32,000 bases of DNA from assembly GCA_002504725.1 (NCBI GenBank), contig DATN01000008.1, forward strand, positions 62,851 through 94,850. Direction: 5' to 3'. Made by a program: the position numbers and the translations under genes. The notes under the pieces were generated by a model, which saw nothing but the letters and a program-made list of their open reading frames with translations, did not search any database and had not been told where the DNA came from. This document shows positions 1 to 10,875 of the stretch, in pieces. Origin of the DNA: Methanobacteriaceae archaeon UBA587 (GTDB lineage: Archaea; Methanobacteriota; Methanobacteria; Methanobacteriales; Methanobacteriaceae). Positions within the stretch are counted from its first letter, which is position 1. Each line of letters begins with the position of its first letter.

Positions 1-823
1 CGACTATGTCCCACACATCTCCGTTTCTCACGAATTTTCCTTCCCATACAAAGGCATCATGGTTAACATGCAAACGTCGCATGGTACTTTCCATTCCATC
101 CAGACAGTCCTGCACGGCCTTTTGGAAAGTGGCATTGAGCTCTTCTTCATCTCCACTCTCATAGCGTTTAATTAACTGGTCTATCTCGGTTTTCATGTCG
201 GGATTTTCTTTAAGTTTTTGGTTCACCTGGAAATAGAGTTTACCAATCTGGTGATCTTTTTTATCCCCGGGACTGTAGGATTCCAGATCATCACCCAGAT
301 TAAGAAGTCCCCACACCACCATGGCGATTTGACGCCCCATATCATTGACATAATATTGGGTTTCCACTTCATAACCTGCTGATTTTAAAACACGGGATAA
401 TGAATCACCAATAACTGCATTTCTTATATGTCCTATATGTAATGGGCCATTGGGGTTGGCAGAGGTGTGTTCTAAGATTATCTTCTCTGATAATGGGGGT
501 CTCTGACCATAATCAGGGCCAATTCCGGCTATAACTTGGGAAGAGAATTTAGGATAATTCACATAGAAGTTGATATAGGGGCCTTTGGATTCCACTGTCT
601 CAAATATCTCGGGAACTTCCAGTACCTGTAATATGCTGGCGGTTATTTCCATAGGTGATTTTTTGAGTTCCTTGGATAACTGGAAAGAAATGGTGGTGGC
701 CAGGTCACCCATCTGGGGGTTAGGTGGTTCTTCCAGTTTTATTTCAGCAGGAACCGGGTAATCAAGTTTATGCAGAGCGTTTTCCAATGATTTTAAGGCT
801 TCTTCTTCAATTATTGCAAACAT
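1..823 (-). CDS. argS: Arginyl-tRNA synthetase, N-terminal part (runs off the window)
   Basis: Minus-strand ORF starting at ATG 821-823 behind AAGGTGA. Translation MFAIIEEEALKSLENALHKLDYPVPAEIKLEEPPNPQMGDLATTISFQ... resembles the archaeal ArgRS N-terminal domain. Confidence 0.85.
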   Translation of the reverse strand, partial: MFAIIEEEALKSLENALHKLDYPVPAEIKLEEPPNPQMGDLATTISFQLSKELKKSPMEITASILQVLEVPEIFETVESKGPYINFYVNYPKFSSQVIAGIGPDYGQRPPLSEKIILEHTSANPNGPLHIGHIRNAVIGDSLSRVLKSAGYEVETQYYVNDMGRQIAMVVWGLLNLGDDLESYSPGDKKDHQIGKLYFQVNQKLKENPDMKTEIDQLIKRYESGDEEELNATFQKAVQDCLDGMESTMRRLHVNHDAFVWEGKFVRNGDVWDIV

Positions 824-1032
824 TAATTCACCTTGTAATGTTTAATAGTAATTAATTCAATTCTTATAATCTAAATTTTTTATAATTCAATTTCAATATT
901 TTTAGATAAAATTTAATAAAATGATAAAAGGAGAAATTCTATCTTATTTTCTTAATATCCTTATAATTGATTTATTAATAATAATCGATTTCAGATGAAT
1001 AAAGAATAGGGATGGTAGATCTAATAAATAGC

Positions 1033-1461
1033 TTACAATCCCCTGATCCAAATGGTGACGTAACCAATTCGGGGGATGTACAATGGTTGATTGCCTATGG
1101 TTATTACTTTGGCAATTATCTGGGAAGGATAGACTGGACTGGGATCTGGACGGGGATTGTTGTCTCCTTTGATAACATAATATTTTTGTCCTGTTGTATT
1201 ATTGGTTCTTACGTCTATAACCCGATGTATAACTGGCTCTGAGAACCATGTGGCGTCATAAATTACTATTTCACCTTTTTGAATCTCGTTGGGGTTGAAC
1301 TCATGAATTCCCAGGAAGTTGACCTTTTCCACCAGCACTATATCTCCCCGGTAAAAGACCGGTTCCATACTCCCTGAAACCACCACATTCATATGCTGGG
1401 CAGCTATTATTCCCACGGCAATAATCAGGATATAAATGGCTATTTCTCGTTTATCAATCAT
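1033..1461 (-). CDS. Signal peptidase I (S26/Sec11-like)
   Basis: One N-terminal TM segment followed by [20 protein letters not shown] (catalytic Ser motif) and [12 protein letters not shown]. Confidence 0.9.
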   Translation of the reverse strand: MIDKREIAIYILIIAVGIIAAQHMNVVVSGSMEPVFYRGDIVLVEKVNFLGIHEFNPNEIQKGEIVIYDATWFSEPVIHRVIDVRTNNTTGQKYYVIKGDNNPRPDPSPVYPSQIIAKVITIGNQPLYIPRIGYVTIWIRGL

Positions 1462-1629
1462 TTAAACACCTTAAGTATCAAAGGTCATGTCCTGTCCCTG
1501 ATTCTTAGACTATTAATAACTCATTAATAAATCATTACTAATTTTTTTCTATGGGTATAGTTTTATTTAAGTATACTTAATCTTCACAAGATAACCCTGT
1601 AAAAAGATTTTTTATATTAAGATTAAAAA

Positions 1630-3285
1630 TTATCTTAATATAGCTCCTTTATCGGCAGAACTGGCCATTTTCTGATATCGAGCTAACCATCCTTTAAGTT
1701 TTCGTTCCGGTTTAGCTGCAGAGGCAATTCTTTCTTTTATTTCATCTTCAGAAAGTTTAACTTCCAGTAAGCGGTTAGGAATATCTATATTAATCACGTC
1801 TCCGTCCTGCAAGGCTGCAAGAGGTCCATCAGCCATGGCTTCTGGAGAAATATGTCCTACACACGGTCCTCTGGTTCCTCCAGAGAATCTTCCGTCAGTT
1901 ATAAGGGCTACAGATTCGATCCCCATTCCAGATATTGCTGAAGTAGGATTTAACATTTCTCTCATTCCCGGGCCACCTTTGGGTCCTTCGTAACGGATGA
2001 CAATGACATCTCCTTCCTGTATTTTGTTATCAAATATGGCTTCCACACACTCGTCTTCACTGTTAAAAACCCGGGCTGGCCCCTGATGAGTCATCATATC
2101 TTCAGACACTGCGCCCTGTTTAATCACAGATCCATTCGGTGCCAGGTTCCCTTTTAAAATGGCAATACCTCCTTCGGTATGCACAGGGTTATCCAGAGGT
2201 CGAATAACTGATTCATCTCTGACAGAAATCTCTGCCAAATTTTCCTCCATACTGGAGCCAGTACAGGTGATTACGTCAGTGTTGAGCTTAGTTTCCAGTG
2301 CTTTTAATACAGCAGGAATTCCGCCGGCACGGTCTAAATCCAGCATCATGTGTTCTCCAGCAGGGGAAATGGATGCTATATGGGGTATCTGTTTACTCAT
2401 TACATCAAAAAGTTCCAGATCCACTTTCACTCCCTTCTCTTCCAATTCACTGGCAATGGCGGGTATGTGCAGGGCGGTGTTACTGGATCCTCCCAGGGCT
2501 AAATCAACGGCCACAGCATTTTCAAAGGCATCCTGGCTCATTATTTGTGAAGGGAGAAGTTGTTCTTTAACCATTCCCACGATTCTTGCTCCGGTGGAAC
2601 GGGCAATCTGCATCTTTTTGGCGTCCACGGCGTGAGCAGTGGCACATCCAGGTAAACTCATTCCCAGAGCTTCAGTAAGGCAGGCCATGGTATTGGCGGT
2701 GAATAAGCCGGCACAGGAACCCGCTCCGGTACAAGCACATTTTTCCAATTCGTCTAACTCTTCCATGGACATTTTTCCTGAGGAAACGGCCCCTACTCCT
2801 TCGTAAACATTGATCAAGTCCACGTCTTTGCCCTGGAATTTTCCTGGTAACATGGGTCCTCCGGTGACCACAATACAGGGGATGTCCAGCCGGGCGGCGG
2901 CCATGAGCATCCCGGGAACCACCTTATCACAGGTGGGCATCAGCACCAGACCATCCAGACTGTGGGCCTGGGCCATGCTCTCCACGGTGTCGGCGATTAT
3001 CTCACGAGAAGCCAGAGAATAGCGCATTCCCTCATGGTTCATGGCAATACCATCACAGATGGCCATGGTATTAAATTCAAAGGGCACACCTCCGGCCTGG
3101 CTGATACCCACCTTAACGGTTTCAGCCAGTTCCCTCAGATGGATGTGTCCCGGTACAATGTCCGTAAAACTGTTGGCTATTCCTATGAAAGGTTTTTCAA
3201 AGTCCTTGTCAGTGACCCCACAGGCCCTAAGCAGTGAACGGTGAGGGGCCCTTTGAAATCCTTTTTTTATTTTATCACTTCTCAT
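1630..3285 (-). CDS. ilvD: Dihydroxy-acid dehydratase
   Basis: 551 aa; [49 protein letters not shown]-like segment, [20 protein letters not shown]. Confidence 0.97.
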   Translation of the reverse strand: MRSDKIKKGFQRAPHRSLLRACGVTDKDFEKPFIGIANSFTDIVPGHIHLRELAETVKVGISQAGGVPFEFNTMAICDGIAMNHEGMRYSLASREIIADTVESMAQAHSLDGLVLMPTCDKVVPGMLMAAARLDIPCIVVTGGPMLPGKFQGKDVDLINVYEGVGAVSSGKMSMEELDELEKCACTGAGSCAGLFTANTMACLTEALGMSLPGCATAHAVDAKKMQIARSTGARIVGMVKEQLLPSQIMSQDAFENAVAVDLALGGSSNTALHIPAIASELEEKGVKVDLELFDVMSKQIPHIASISPAGEHMMLDLDRAGGIPAVLKALETKLNTDVITCTGSSMEENLAEISVRDESVIRPLDNPVHTEGGIAILKGNLAPNGSVIKQGAVSEDMMTHQGPARVFNSEDECVEAIFDNKIQEGDVIVIRYEGPKGGPGMREMLNPTSAISGMGIESVALITDGRFSGGTRGPCVGHISPEAMADGPLAALQDGDVINIDIPNRLLEVKLSEDEIKERIASAAKPERKLKGWLARYQKMASSADKGAILR

Positions 3286-3463
3286 TAAATCACCAATCCT
3301 CTTAACAGATCTAATTAAATTTTTTTAATAGTTAATCAATTATTTCGATTAATAAATCAGTTATTGTTAAACCATTACTTGAGATATTCAAGAAATCAAA
3401 TTTTTAACCCATTTATCATAATAAACCATATCATAATTATAGATGTCTAACTTTAGGAGGTAT

Positions 3464-3541
3464 ATGTTAATAAAATTAATAGTTTCTTCAATTATTTCAA
3501 TTAATTCTTATAGCAATATCCAGTTTCTACTGATGTACTAA
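3464..3541 (+). CDS. Possible 25-aa micro-ORF (MLIKLIVSSIISINSYSNIQFLLMY)
   Basis: ATG 3464 lies 3 nt after TAGGAGG (3454-3460). The ORF ends at TAA 3539-3541. The peptide is hydrophobic. No homology judged. Confidence 0.25.
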   Translation: MLIKLIVSSIISINSYSNIQFLLMY

Positions 3542-3551
3542 CGATGTACTA
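3532..3551 (+). promoter_or_regulatory. 9-bp direct repeat GATGTACTA-ac-GATGTACTA, 11-bp period, upstream of the MgtC/DUF4010-type gene
   Basis: Read directly: GATGTACTA at 3532-3540 and at 3543-3551, 49 bp before the ATG at 3600. Confidence 0.35.
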
Positions 3552-3599
3552 CATATAGAACTGTTATTATTTTATGTGTGAAATCTAATAATTATAAAC

Positions 3600-4841
3600 A
3601 TGGATACTTTATTGATTCTCAAGTTTGTAATTGCCCTGGCTATCGGGGTTTTAATTGGCATTGAAAGAGAACGCAAGACCAAGGAATCAGAATTTGCTGG
3701 AATCAGAACCTTCATTTTAATTGCTCTTCTGGGCATTGTTTCTGCTTATCTATCGGTTTATTATTCTAATTTTGTTTTGATAGCATTCATAGGGCTTTCT
3801 ATATTGATTGGTTTGAGTTACTGGGTGAGTACAAGGGATAATGGTGATGTGGGTCTCACCACTGAGATAGCTGCCCTTTTAACCTTTGTACTGGGGGTGA
3901 TGTGTTTCTGGGATCAGGGATACAAACTGGCCCCGATAATTGCCATCATACTAACCACCCTACTGGCACTAAAACCATCCCTGCACCATCTGGTCCAGAA
4001 AATCAGTGAAAAGGAAATGATCGATACCTTGAAGTTTTTAATCATCGCCTTTGTTATTCTGCCCCTATTACCCAACCAGACCATGGGGCCCTGGGAGGTG
4101 TTTAATCCCTATCAGATCTGGCTCATGGTGGTTTTCATATCGGGAATCAGTTATGCGGGATATATAGCCATGCGACTGGTGGGTCCGGAGAGGGGATTGG
4201 GACTTACCGGGATTATTGGGGGATTAGTGTCCAGTACTGCGGTGGTCACAGCCATGGCTGCCCGGGTCAGGGAATCAGAAACCCTTATGAAGGCCGCAGT
4301 TTTTGCGGCGGTGGTGGCCAGTTCCATGATGTTTCTGCGGATTTTCCTGGAGATTCTGGTGGTAAATCCTTCCTTAGCTCCCTTACTGGCAGCTCCTATG
4401 CTCATTATGGGTATACTGGGGATTCTGTTAGGGGTGTGGGTATGGAGAAGTTCCACCATCCGGGAAATGGATTCCCGGGTTAAACTGGAGAACCCCTTCT
4501 CTCTAAAACCAGCCCTTATATTCGGGGCATTGTTTGTGGCCATTTTATTTATCAGTAAAATCGCCAACATCTATTTTGGTAGTAGCGGAGTTTATGTAGC
4601 CAGCATCATATCCGGGGTGGCAGACGTGGATGCAATTACCATCAGTATGGCCCTTCTGGCCCAGAGTTCAACAGTAACTGCCACCACAGCGGTTACGGCC
4701 ATTACTCTGGCCAGCATATCAAATACTGTGGTTAAATTTGGAATAGCTCTTTTCCTAGGAACCCGGAAATTTGGAAAGAATGTAGGAGTTCTTTTTGCTA
4801 TAATTATTGCCTCCGGTCTTCTGGCCATTATTTTAATTTAA
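3600..4841 (+). CDS. MgtC/SapB N-terminal plus DUF4010-type multi-pass membrane protein
   Basis: N-terminus LKFVIALAIGVLIGIERERKTKESEFAGIRTF is the MgtC/SapB signature. Multiple TM helices follow. Confidence 0.85.
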   Translation: MDTLLILKFVIALAIGVLIGIERERKTKESEFAGIRTFILIALLGIVSAYLSVYYSNFVLIAFIGLSILIGLSYWVSTRDNGDVGLTTEIAALLTFVLGVMCFWDQGYKLAPIIAIILTTLLALKPSLHHLVQKISEKEMIDTLKFLIIAFVILPLLPNQTMGPWEVFNPYQIWLMVVFISGISYAGYIAMRLVGPERGLGLTGIIGGLVSSTAVVTAMAARVRESETLMKAAVFAAVVASSMMFLRIFLEILVVNPSLAPLLAAPMLIMGILGILLGVWVWRSSTIREMDSRVKLENPFSLKPALIFGALFVAILFISKIANIYFGSSGVYVASIISGVADVDAITISMALLAQSSTVTATTAVTAITLASISNTVVKFGIALFLGTRKFGKNVGVLFAIIIASGLLAIILI

Positions 4842-5033
4842 ATTATCTTTATTTTCCTAATCTGTCCTGATTTTTTTATTTTAGATTTATTAAAAATTTC
4901 AATAGTAAAATAAATTTAAATCAAACTTCTAGGATTAAATAGGATCCTATTAATTAACTAAAAACGAAAATAAACAATAGATTATAGATTTCAAAATAGC
5001 ACAATTAATAAAAAAGTAAATAATTATAAATTA

Positions 5034-5357
5034 TTAAGACCGAATCATGGTCAGCAACATCTTGTATTGCTCCACTGCATGCAGGGCGTGGGGCTCATTG
5101 GCGGGCATAATGATAAATTCGCCTTTTTTAACCAGATTCTCCTTCCCTGAGATGGTGATAAGTGCTTCCCCATCAATAATCTGTACCAGGGCATCAAAGG
5201 GTGCACTGTGTTCACTTAAGCCCTCTCCCTTATCAAAGGCAAATATGGTCACGGTACCGGTTTCTTTTCTGATTATTTCTCTACTAACCACAGCACCTTC
5301 CTGATATTCCAGTAGGTCTGCCAGGTTCAATGCTTTTGCTTTTAAATCTTCAGACAT
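5034..5357 (-). CDS. Small cupin-domain protein (ORF track start at 5390; start at Met12 has the better GGTGATTTC site)
   Basis: GEGLSEHSAPFDALVQIIDGEALITISGKENLVKKGEFIIMPANEPHAL is a canonical cupin_2 pattern. Confidence 0.85.
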   Translation of the reverse strand: MSEDLKAKALNLADLLEYQEGAVVSREIIRKETGTVTIFAFDKGEGLSEHSAPFDALVQIIDGEALITISGKENLVKKGEFIIMPANEPHALHAVEQYKMLLTMIRS

Positions 5358-5420
5358 GAAATCACCACTTAAAATATAATGATTTTTCATTAAATAACTT
5401 TTTATTTATCAAAAAGTATT

Positions 5421-5759
5421 TTAAACAATTCGAGTATCTTTAGTGGGTCTAGGGACTTTTATAACCAGGAAACGAAGATCATCAGGACTTTCATTGTACC
5501 AGCAGTGCATGATATGGGCAGGACTCTCAATCAAGGAATCTTTTCCCACTTCCTCTTTTTCTTCGCCGATTTCCACTATCCCGGTACCTTCCAGCACATA
5601 AAAAATTACATCCACCGGAGTAATATGTCTTTTAAGAGATTCGCCTGGTTTTAAAGTAATATGAACAGTCACTGCGTTTTCAGTATCATATAATTTACGT
5701 ACATCTACTTTATGAGGGGTTTCTGCAATAGGAACTTCCTTAAAGTTAGTAATTTTCAT
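5421..5759 (-). CDS. Second small cupin-domain protein
   Basis: VTIHLKPGESLKRHITPVDVIFYVLEGTGIVEIGEEKEEVGKDSLIESPAHIMHCWYN. Confidence 0.85.
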   Translation of the reverse strand: MKITNFKEVPIAETPHKVDVRKLYDTENAVTVHITLKPGESLKRHITPVDVIFYVLEGTGIVEIGEEKEEVGKDSLIESPAHIMHCWYNESPDDLRFLVIKVPRPTKDTRIV

Positions 5760-5867
5760 TTTTTAGCTCCTGACAATAAATAAAAACAATAAACAGATAA
5801 AATTTAGATAATTAATTATTAAATGAGGAAAAAAATAATTCCTCATTATATAGGTTAAATTAGGAAC

Positions 5868-7178
5868 TTATTGTCCCATAATTTTCTTTATATCGTCTTC
5901 TGCTTCTCCCAGTGGGGTGAGTCCGTAGTTTTCCACCAGAACATTCACGATATCATCATTGGCCCATCCCGGCAAGATTGGTCCAATATACATTCCCTGC
6001 AGGTCCAGGGCTAACAGGCTCCACAAGATAGCGGCTGCTTTTTGTTCCATCCAGCTCAGGACTATGGTTAATGGCAGTTCATTTAATCCCACTCCGAATA
6101 ATTCAGCTAATGCTGCGGCAATGTCAATGGCTACAATAGCGTCATTGCATTGTCCTAGATCTATGAGTCGTGGCACGCCTTCGATATCTCCCAGGTCCAT
6201 GGCATTGAACCGGTATTTACCGCAGGCCAGGGTTAAAACCACAGCGTCTTCTGGTAATTTTTCCACAAACTCGGTGTAGTATTTGGCTTTAGCCAGTGGG
6301 GAATCACATCCGCCTACTAAGACGAACTGTTTGATTTTTCCAGCTTCTACCAGTTCTTTAATCTTAGGAGCTAATCCCAGTACGGTGGAAGCTCCGAATC
6401 CAGTGGTTAAAGTGGCTTGTGTTGGTTCTTCTTCCAGATCACCCAGTTCCAAGGCCTTTTCAATTACTGGAGTAAAGTCATAGTCTTCGATGTGCTGTAC
6501 TCCGGGTAATTCAGCCACACCTACCGTGAACATCCTTTCTTTGTACTCGTCTTTAGGAAGTAAGACACAGTTGGAGGTTCCCACTACAGCCACATTGTAG
6601 TCAGCGAAGGTCTTTTTCTGGTCAAACCAGGGCCCTCCCAGTTGTCCCACCAAGTGTTTGTATTTTTTGAGTCCGGGATATCCGTGGGCAGGTAATAGTT
6701 CAGAGTGAGTGTATACATTGATTCCTTTACCTTCAGTTTGTTTTAAGAGTTCTTCCAGGGCTTTTAAACTGTGACCGGTGGCCACAATTCCGGGACCTTT
6801 AACCGCTCCTACTTTCACTTCAGTAGGTATAGGTTCGCCGTAGGTTTCCATGTGGGCCTTTTTTAGAAGTTGCATGGTTTTGATGTTCATTTTACCGGCT
6901 TCTAAGGCCAGTTCCACGAATTTACTGGCATCGAAGTTCACGTTGGTCAGGGTGGAGTAGAATCCTCTTTCCAGGAAGGCATCCACTTCGTCGTCGGTGT
7001 ATCCTAATTCCCGGGCGTGGTACAGGTAAGCAGATATTCCCTTTATGGCGTAGAGCAGGTTATCCTGTAACCGGGCTACGGTTGGTTCTTTTCCACATAC
7101 TCCTCTAACAGTACATCCAGTCCCACGGGCGGTCTGTGAGCACTGGTAACAAAACATATCTAATGCTTCTTTCTCCAT
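5868..7178 (-). CDS. hcp: Hybrid cluster protein / hydroxylamine reductase. Likely start is Met at 7178 behind GGAGGAAATAAA, not 7250
   Basis: [23 protein letters not shown] Cys cluster, plus [43 protein letters not shown] and [14 protein letters not shown]. Confidence 0.93.
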   Translation of the reverse strand: MEKEALDMFCYQCSQTARGTGCTVRGVCGKEPTVARLQDNLLYAIKGISAYLYHARELGYTDDEVDAFLERGFYSTLTNVNFDASKFVELALEAGKMNIKTMQLLKKAHMETYGEPIPTEVKVGAVKGPGIVATGHSLKALEELLKQTEGKGINVYTHSELLPAHGYPGLKKYKHLVGQLGGPWFDQKKTFADYNVAVVGTSNCVLLPKDEYKERMFTVGVAELPGVQHIEDYDFTPVIEKALELGDLEEEPTQATLTTGFGASTVLGLAPKIKELVEAGKIKQFVLVGGCDSPLAKAKYYTEFVEKLPEDAVVLTLACGKYRFNAMDLGDIEGVPRLIDLGQCNDAIVAIDIAAALAELFGVGLNELPLTIVLSWMEQKAAAILWSLLALDLQGMYIGPILPGWANDDIVNVLVENYGLTPLGEAEDDIKKIMGQ

Positions 7179-7333
7179 TTTATTTCCTCCTTCTACTTTC
7201 TGGTCAGAATTTTGATCTTTCATGCCTCTAATCATATCAACAAATCCCATGTTATCGCCTCGTTTATCATTGAATTATTGGACCTTTTCATTTGATTTCA
7301 ATTCCATCCATCAATTATGGCCCAATTAAATTT

Positions 7334-7489
7334 TCAGCACGGTTCAAACTGATCTTTGCCAACCTGGCACAGAGGACAAACCCAATCGTCAGGTAAGTCT
7401 TCAAATGATGTTCCAGGTTCTATTCCAGAGTCAGGGTCCCCGTCTTCGGGATTGTAAATATACGCGCATACTATACATCTGTACTTCAT
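7334..7489 (-). CDS. Rubredoxin, 51 aa (absent from the supplied ORF track because of its size)
   Basis: Translated by hand: [51 protein letters not shown]. Two CxxC knuckles (CIVC and CPLC). Confidence 0.96.
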   Translation of the reverse strand: MKYRCIVCAYIYNPEDGDPDSGIEPGTSFEDLPDDWVCPLCQVGKDQFEPC

Positions 7490-7710
7490 GTTTTTTCACC
7501 AGATTTGTTCCCTATACTAAACCCTACCCGCAAAACATATATAGTTTTTGTCACTAAATCAGTATAAAATAAGACAAAGAAAAAGATTGTTTTATAATCA
7601 AATTTTCCTAAAAAATCTGAGATAAAATGAATAATTAATAAATTTTTAGATAACTTTGATCAGATTTAAAAGGATTAAATATCCTATTTTAAGAATTATA
7701 TGGTGATATT

Positions 7711-8499
7711 GTGCCAGTAAATAAAAAAACGTGGAATTCATTAAAAACTATGGGTTTAACTGATTATGAGGCCACGACATATTTGGCTCTGACATCAATG
7801 ATTTCTGGAACTGCTACTGAGATTAGCACAGCCTCTAAAGTCCCCCGATCCAGGATCTATGATATTTTGAAAGAATTGGCCCGTAAAGGATTTGTAGAAA
7901 TTGAAAGGGGCCGACCTTTAAAGTACATTGTGGTGCCCCCGGCAGATGTTTTTCACAGGCATAGACAAAGTCTATTGGAAGATCTGGAAGAGGCAGAGCT
8001 GGAACTCACTGCAGATTATGAGAGTCAGATCTCCCAGGTACCGGCTCCTATATGGCTAATACATGGACCAGAAAAAATCATTAAAAAAGAGATGGAAATA
8101 ATTTCCCGGGCCAAGGAGAGCATCAATATCCGGGCGGGGTTCATGTTTGAGGGGGAAGCAGAACACCTTAAATCTAAAATCAACAAGGCAAATCGGCGTG
8201 GGGTGAAGACCAAAATAATGGCGGCTCCCTTTACTATCATTGGCAACAAGAAGATTCACCTCTCCAAGGAATTGAGTGGTATGCAGGCTGAGATCAGAAT
8301 CTACCAGATACCCTTTGTGAAGATGATTGTAAGGGACGGTACAGAGATGATGCTCATATTCTCTAAATTTTCAGGTAAGGAGAAGAAGGCGGTTCCCCAG
8401 AGCGCCATTGGGGTGTGGAACCAGTATCCCGAGATTGCCCGGAACTATGCTCATGTATTTGAGAATATGTGGGAGGGAGACATGCCTAAAAGGGGTTGA
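7711..8499 (+). CDS. TrmB-family transcriptional regulator
   Basis: N-terminal winged HTH (MGLTDYEATTYLALTSMISGTATEISTASKVPRSRIYDILKELARKGFVEIERGRPLKYIVVPP) plus a C-terminal sugar-binding/PLD-like region. Confidence 0.88.
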   Translation: MPVNKKTWNSLKTMGLTDYEATTYLALTSMISGTATEISTASKVPRSRIYDILKELARKGFVEIERGRPLKYIVVPPADVFHRHRQSLLEDLEEAELELTADYESQISQVPAPIWLIHGPEKIIKKEMEIISRAKESINIRAGFMFEGEAEHLKSKINKANRRGVKTKIMAAPFTIIGNKKIHLSKELSGMQAEIRIYQIPFVKMIVRDGTEMMLIFSKFSGKEKKAVPQSAIGVWNQYPEIARNYAHVFENMWEGDMPKRG

Positions 8500-8795
8500 T
8501 TCGCCTATAATGGCTTTTTAATGGTATATTAATTATTAATCGCTTTTTTTAAATTTTATTTTAATTTATTTTGAAATATTTTTATTATTTTTAATATTTT
8601 TTAAAAAATAATAATTCGTATGATGGTATATGAAACTGATTAATTTAAATGAAACTTAAATAAACTTAAAAAGTATGAGGATTAATACTCAATAATCTAT
8701 ATTCATATAAGTATCTAAATTATAAGTTATCTACTGTAATGATTAATTTTCATTAAATTCAAACTTATTTATTAGGTTAAATATTAGGTGATAGG

Positions 8796-10634
8796 ATGCG
8801 CGTATTGTTAATTCACTCTGATTATTTAAAATACCAAACTAAATCAAAAACCAGGATAGCAGAGCAGATCGAAGATGATAAGAAAGAAGGATTCTTTGAG
8901 GATTCATTAGTGGTCTTCACTGCTGTGGAACAGGAAGACGAGGAAAATCCACAAGAAATCGTGGAAAATGTTATCACGGAAGTCAAGGATGTTTTAGGTA
9001 AAATTGGCGCAGATAATGTGGTTATATACCCTTATGCTCATTTGAGTTCTTCTTTAAGTAAACCTGATGTGGCCAAGACTGTTCTGCAGGAAATGGAATC
9101 CCGACTCCAGGAAGAAGATATAAAAGTGGCCCGGGTACCATTTGGCTGGTACAAGTCGTTTGAAGTATCCTGTAAGGGACACCCTCTCTCTGAATTGTCC
9201 CGAACCATCACTGCTAAGCCCAGAGAAGAAGAAAAGGCAGATAAAGCCGAAGAATCCAAGTGGTACATTCTGGACCAGGGCAATCTAATTGATCCAGATG
9301 AATTCAAATTCGAAAACGAGGATCTACGAAAACTGGTAAACTATGAACTTGGAAAAGGTGAATCCAGTGGAGAAGAACCACCTCACGTTAAACTCATGCG
9401 GGAAAAGGGACTGGCTGATTACGAACCCTCTGCAGATGTGGGACACCTTCGATGGTATCCTAAGGGCCGGCTGATCCGGGATCTTCTGGCAGATTACGTT
9501 TATTTACTGGTAACCAAAGAGGGGGCCATGCCGGTGGAAACACCTATCATGTATGATCTGGCTGATGATGCCATACGGGTGCATGCCGAGAAATTCGGGG
9601 AAAGACAGTACCGTATGGGCCACAAGAATAAAGAGCTCATGTTGCGATACGCCTGTTGTTTTGGTGCCTTCCGGGTTTTATCTGATTCATTCCTGACCTG
9701 GAAGAACTTACCGGCACGGGTATACGAACTCTCCACCTACAGTTTCCGGATGGAGAAAAAGGGAGAAGTTGTGGGACTCAAAAGGCTGCGTGGTTTCACC
9801 ATGCCCGATCTGCACACGGTGTGCAGGGACTTGGAACAATCTCTGGTGGAATTTGATAATCAGATTGATATGTGTATGCAGACGGGAGTGGACTTCCAGG
9901 TGAACTACGAGGTAATCTTCCGGGCCACCCAGGACTTCTACGACCAATATAAAGAATGGATGCATGCTTCCGCAGCAAAAATAGGAAAACCAGTCTTATT
10001 AGAGATTTTACCAGAACGTAAACATTACTGGATATCTAAAATGGACTTTGCTGCTATTGATTATCTGGGACGACCTATTGAGAATCCAACCGTCCAGATA
10101 GATGTGGAGAGCGGCGAAAGATTTGGTATCACCTATCTGGAAGAAAACGAAGAGGAAGGATACCCTATAATCTTGCACTGCAGCCCTACTGGAAGTATCG
10201 AACGGGTTATCTGCAGTTTGTTGGAGAAAACCGCCATTGAAATGAAGGAAAAACCACCAATGTTGCCGGTATGGCTAACTCCTACCCAGGTACGGATTTT
10301 ACCAATTGCCGAAAGGCACATGGACTATGCCCTGGATCTGGCCCGACAGATTAAGGATCAAAACATTCGAGTGGATGTGGATGACCGGCCAGAAACTGTG
10401 GGTAAAAAAATACGTAATGCTGCTACAGAATGGGTGCCTTATGTGGTGGTTATTGGGGATAATGAAATGGAAAAACGAGAAAGTCAGGAATTGACAGTCA
10501 ATATCCGGGAAACCAAGGAAAAACAAGTCATGGATTTGGAAACCCTTGTTAAAACGGTTCAAGAAGAAACCCGGGATATGCCATTCCGTGCTCTGCCTCT
10601 TCCTCTGCAGGTGTCCCAGCGTATCAATTTTTAA
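8796..10634 (+). CDS. thrS: Threonyl-tRNA synthetase, archaeal type
   Basis: 612 aa. Archaeal N-terminal editing-type domain [16 protein letters not shown], catalytic core [52 protein letters not shown], anticodon-binding C-terminus. Confidence 0.96.
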   Translation: MRVLLIHSDYLKYQTKSKTRIAEQIEDDKKEGFFEDSLVVFTAVEQEDEENPQEIVENVITEVKDVLGKIGADNVVIYPYAHLSSSLSKPDVAKTVLQEMESRLQEEDIKVARVPFGWYKSFEVSCKGHPLSELSRTITAKPREEEKADKAEESKWYILDQGNLIDPDEFKFENEDLRKLVNYELGKGESSGEEPPHVKLMREKGLADYEPSADVGHLRWYPKGRLIRDLLADYVYLLVTKEGAMPVETPIMYDLADDAIRVHAEKFGERQYRMGHKNKELMLRYACCFGAFRVLSDSFLTWKNLPARVYELSTYSFRMEKKGEVVGLKRLRGFTMPDLHTVCRDLEQSLVEFDNQIDMCMQTGVDFQVNYEVIFRATQDFYDQYKEWMHASAAKIGKPVLLEILPERKHYWISKMDFAAIDYLGRPIENPTVQIDVESGERFGITYLEENEEEGYPIILHCSPTGSIERVICSLLEKTAIEMKEKPPMLPVWLTPTQVRILPIAERHMDYALDLARQIKDQNIRVDVDDRPETVGKKIRNAATEWVPYVVVIGDNEMEKRESQELTVNIRETKEKQVMDLETLVKTVQEETRDMPFRALPLPLQVSQRINF

Positions 10635-10804
10635 TCCAATCAACGGTTAATTAATTTTTTTCTTTCTTAATTTCTAATTCTTTTCTTTTTTTATTTATTT
10701 TACTTTATTTTCGTGATGTCCTTGAAATTAATTTAATATTAATAAATAAATCAATGGAAGTAAAGGGTCTTAGTTTTAAGCCCATAATACGGGTTTTACC
10801 ACAA

Positions 10805-10822
10805 AAGTTATAACTTATAACT
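10805..10822 (+). promoter_or_regulatory. Candidate partition-protein binding site, copy 1: AAGTTATAACTTATAACT
   Basis: Exact 18-mer shared with 12277-12294 and with the minus strand at 27220-27237. Contains the perfect palindrome AAGTTATAACTT (10805-10816). Lies 54 bp upstream of the parA-like ATG. Confidence 0.7.
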
Positions 10823-10875
10823 TAGAAGTATATTACTATAATATTATTATAAAATATCTGTGGGAGGATTTTTTC

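Noticed and set aside
1012-1242. 76-aa plus-strand ORF overlapping the signal peptidase 3' end
   Set aside because: Mostly antisense to the S26 peptidase coding sequence, no SD and no recognisable domain.
2159-3244. Plus-strand ORFs (158, 90, 70, 91 and 67 aa) antisense to ilvD
   Set aside because: They are shadow ORFs of a strongly conserved minus-strand coding gene, lack RBSs and have no recognisable domains. The same applies to antisense ORFs at 4151, 4592, 5047, 5959, 6283, 8025, 8056, 9038-10643, 11331, 14306, 15233, 16325-16857, 18210, 18748, 20167, 22135, 23004, 23700, 24866, 26633, 26940, 27482, 30536, 31083 and 31464.
8720-8730. TTATAAGTTAT upstream of thrS as a further copy of the partition motif
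   Set aside because: Only about 13/18 match to the 18-mer and no second half site. Indistinguishable from AT-rich background.
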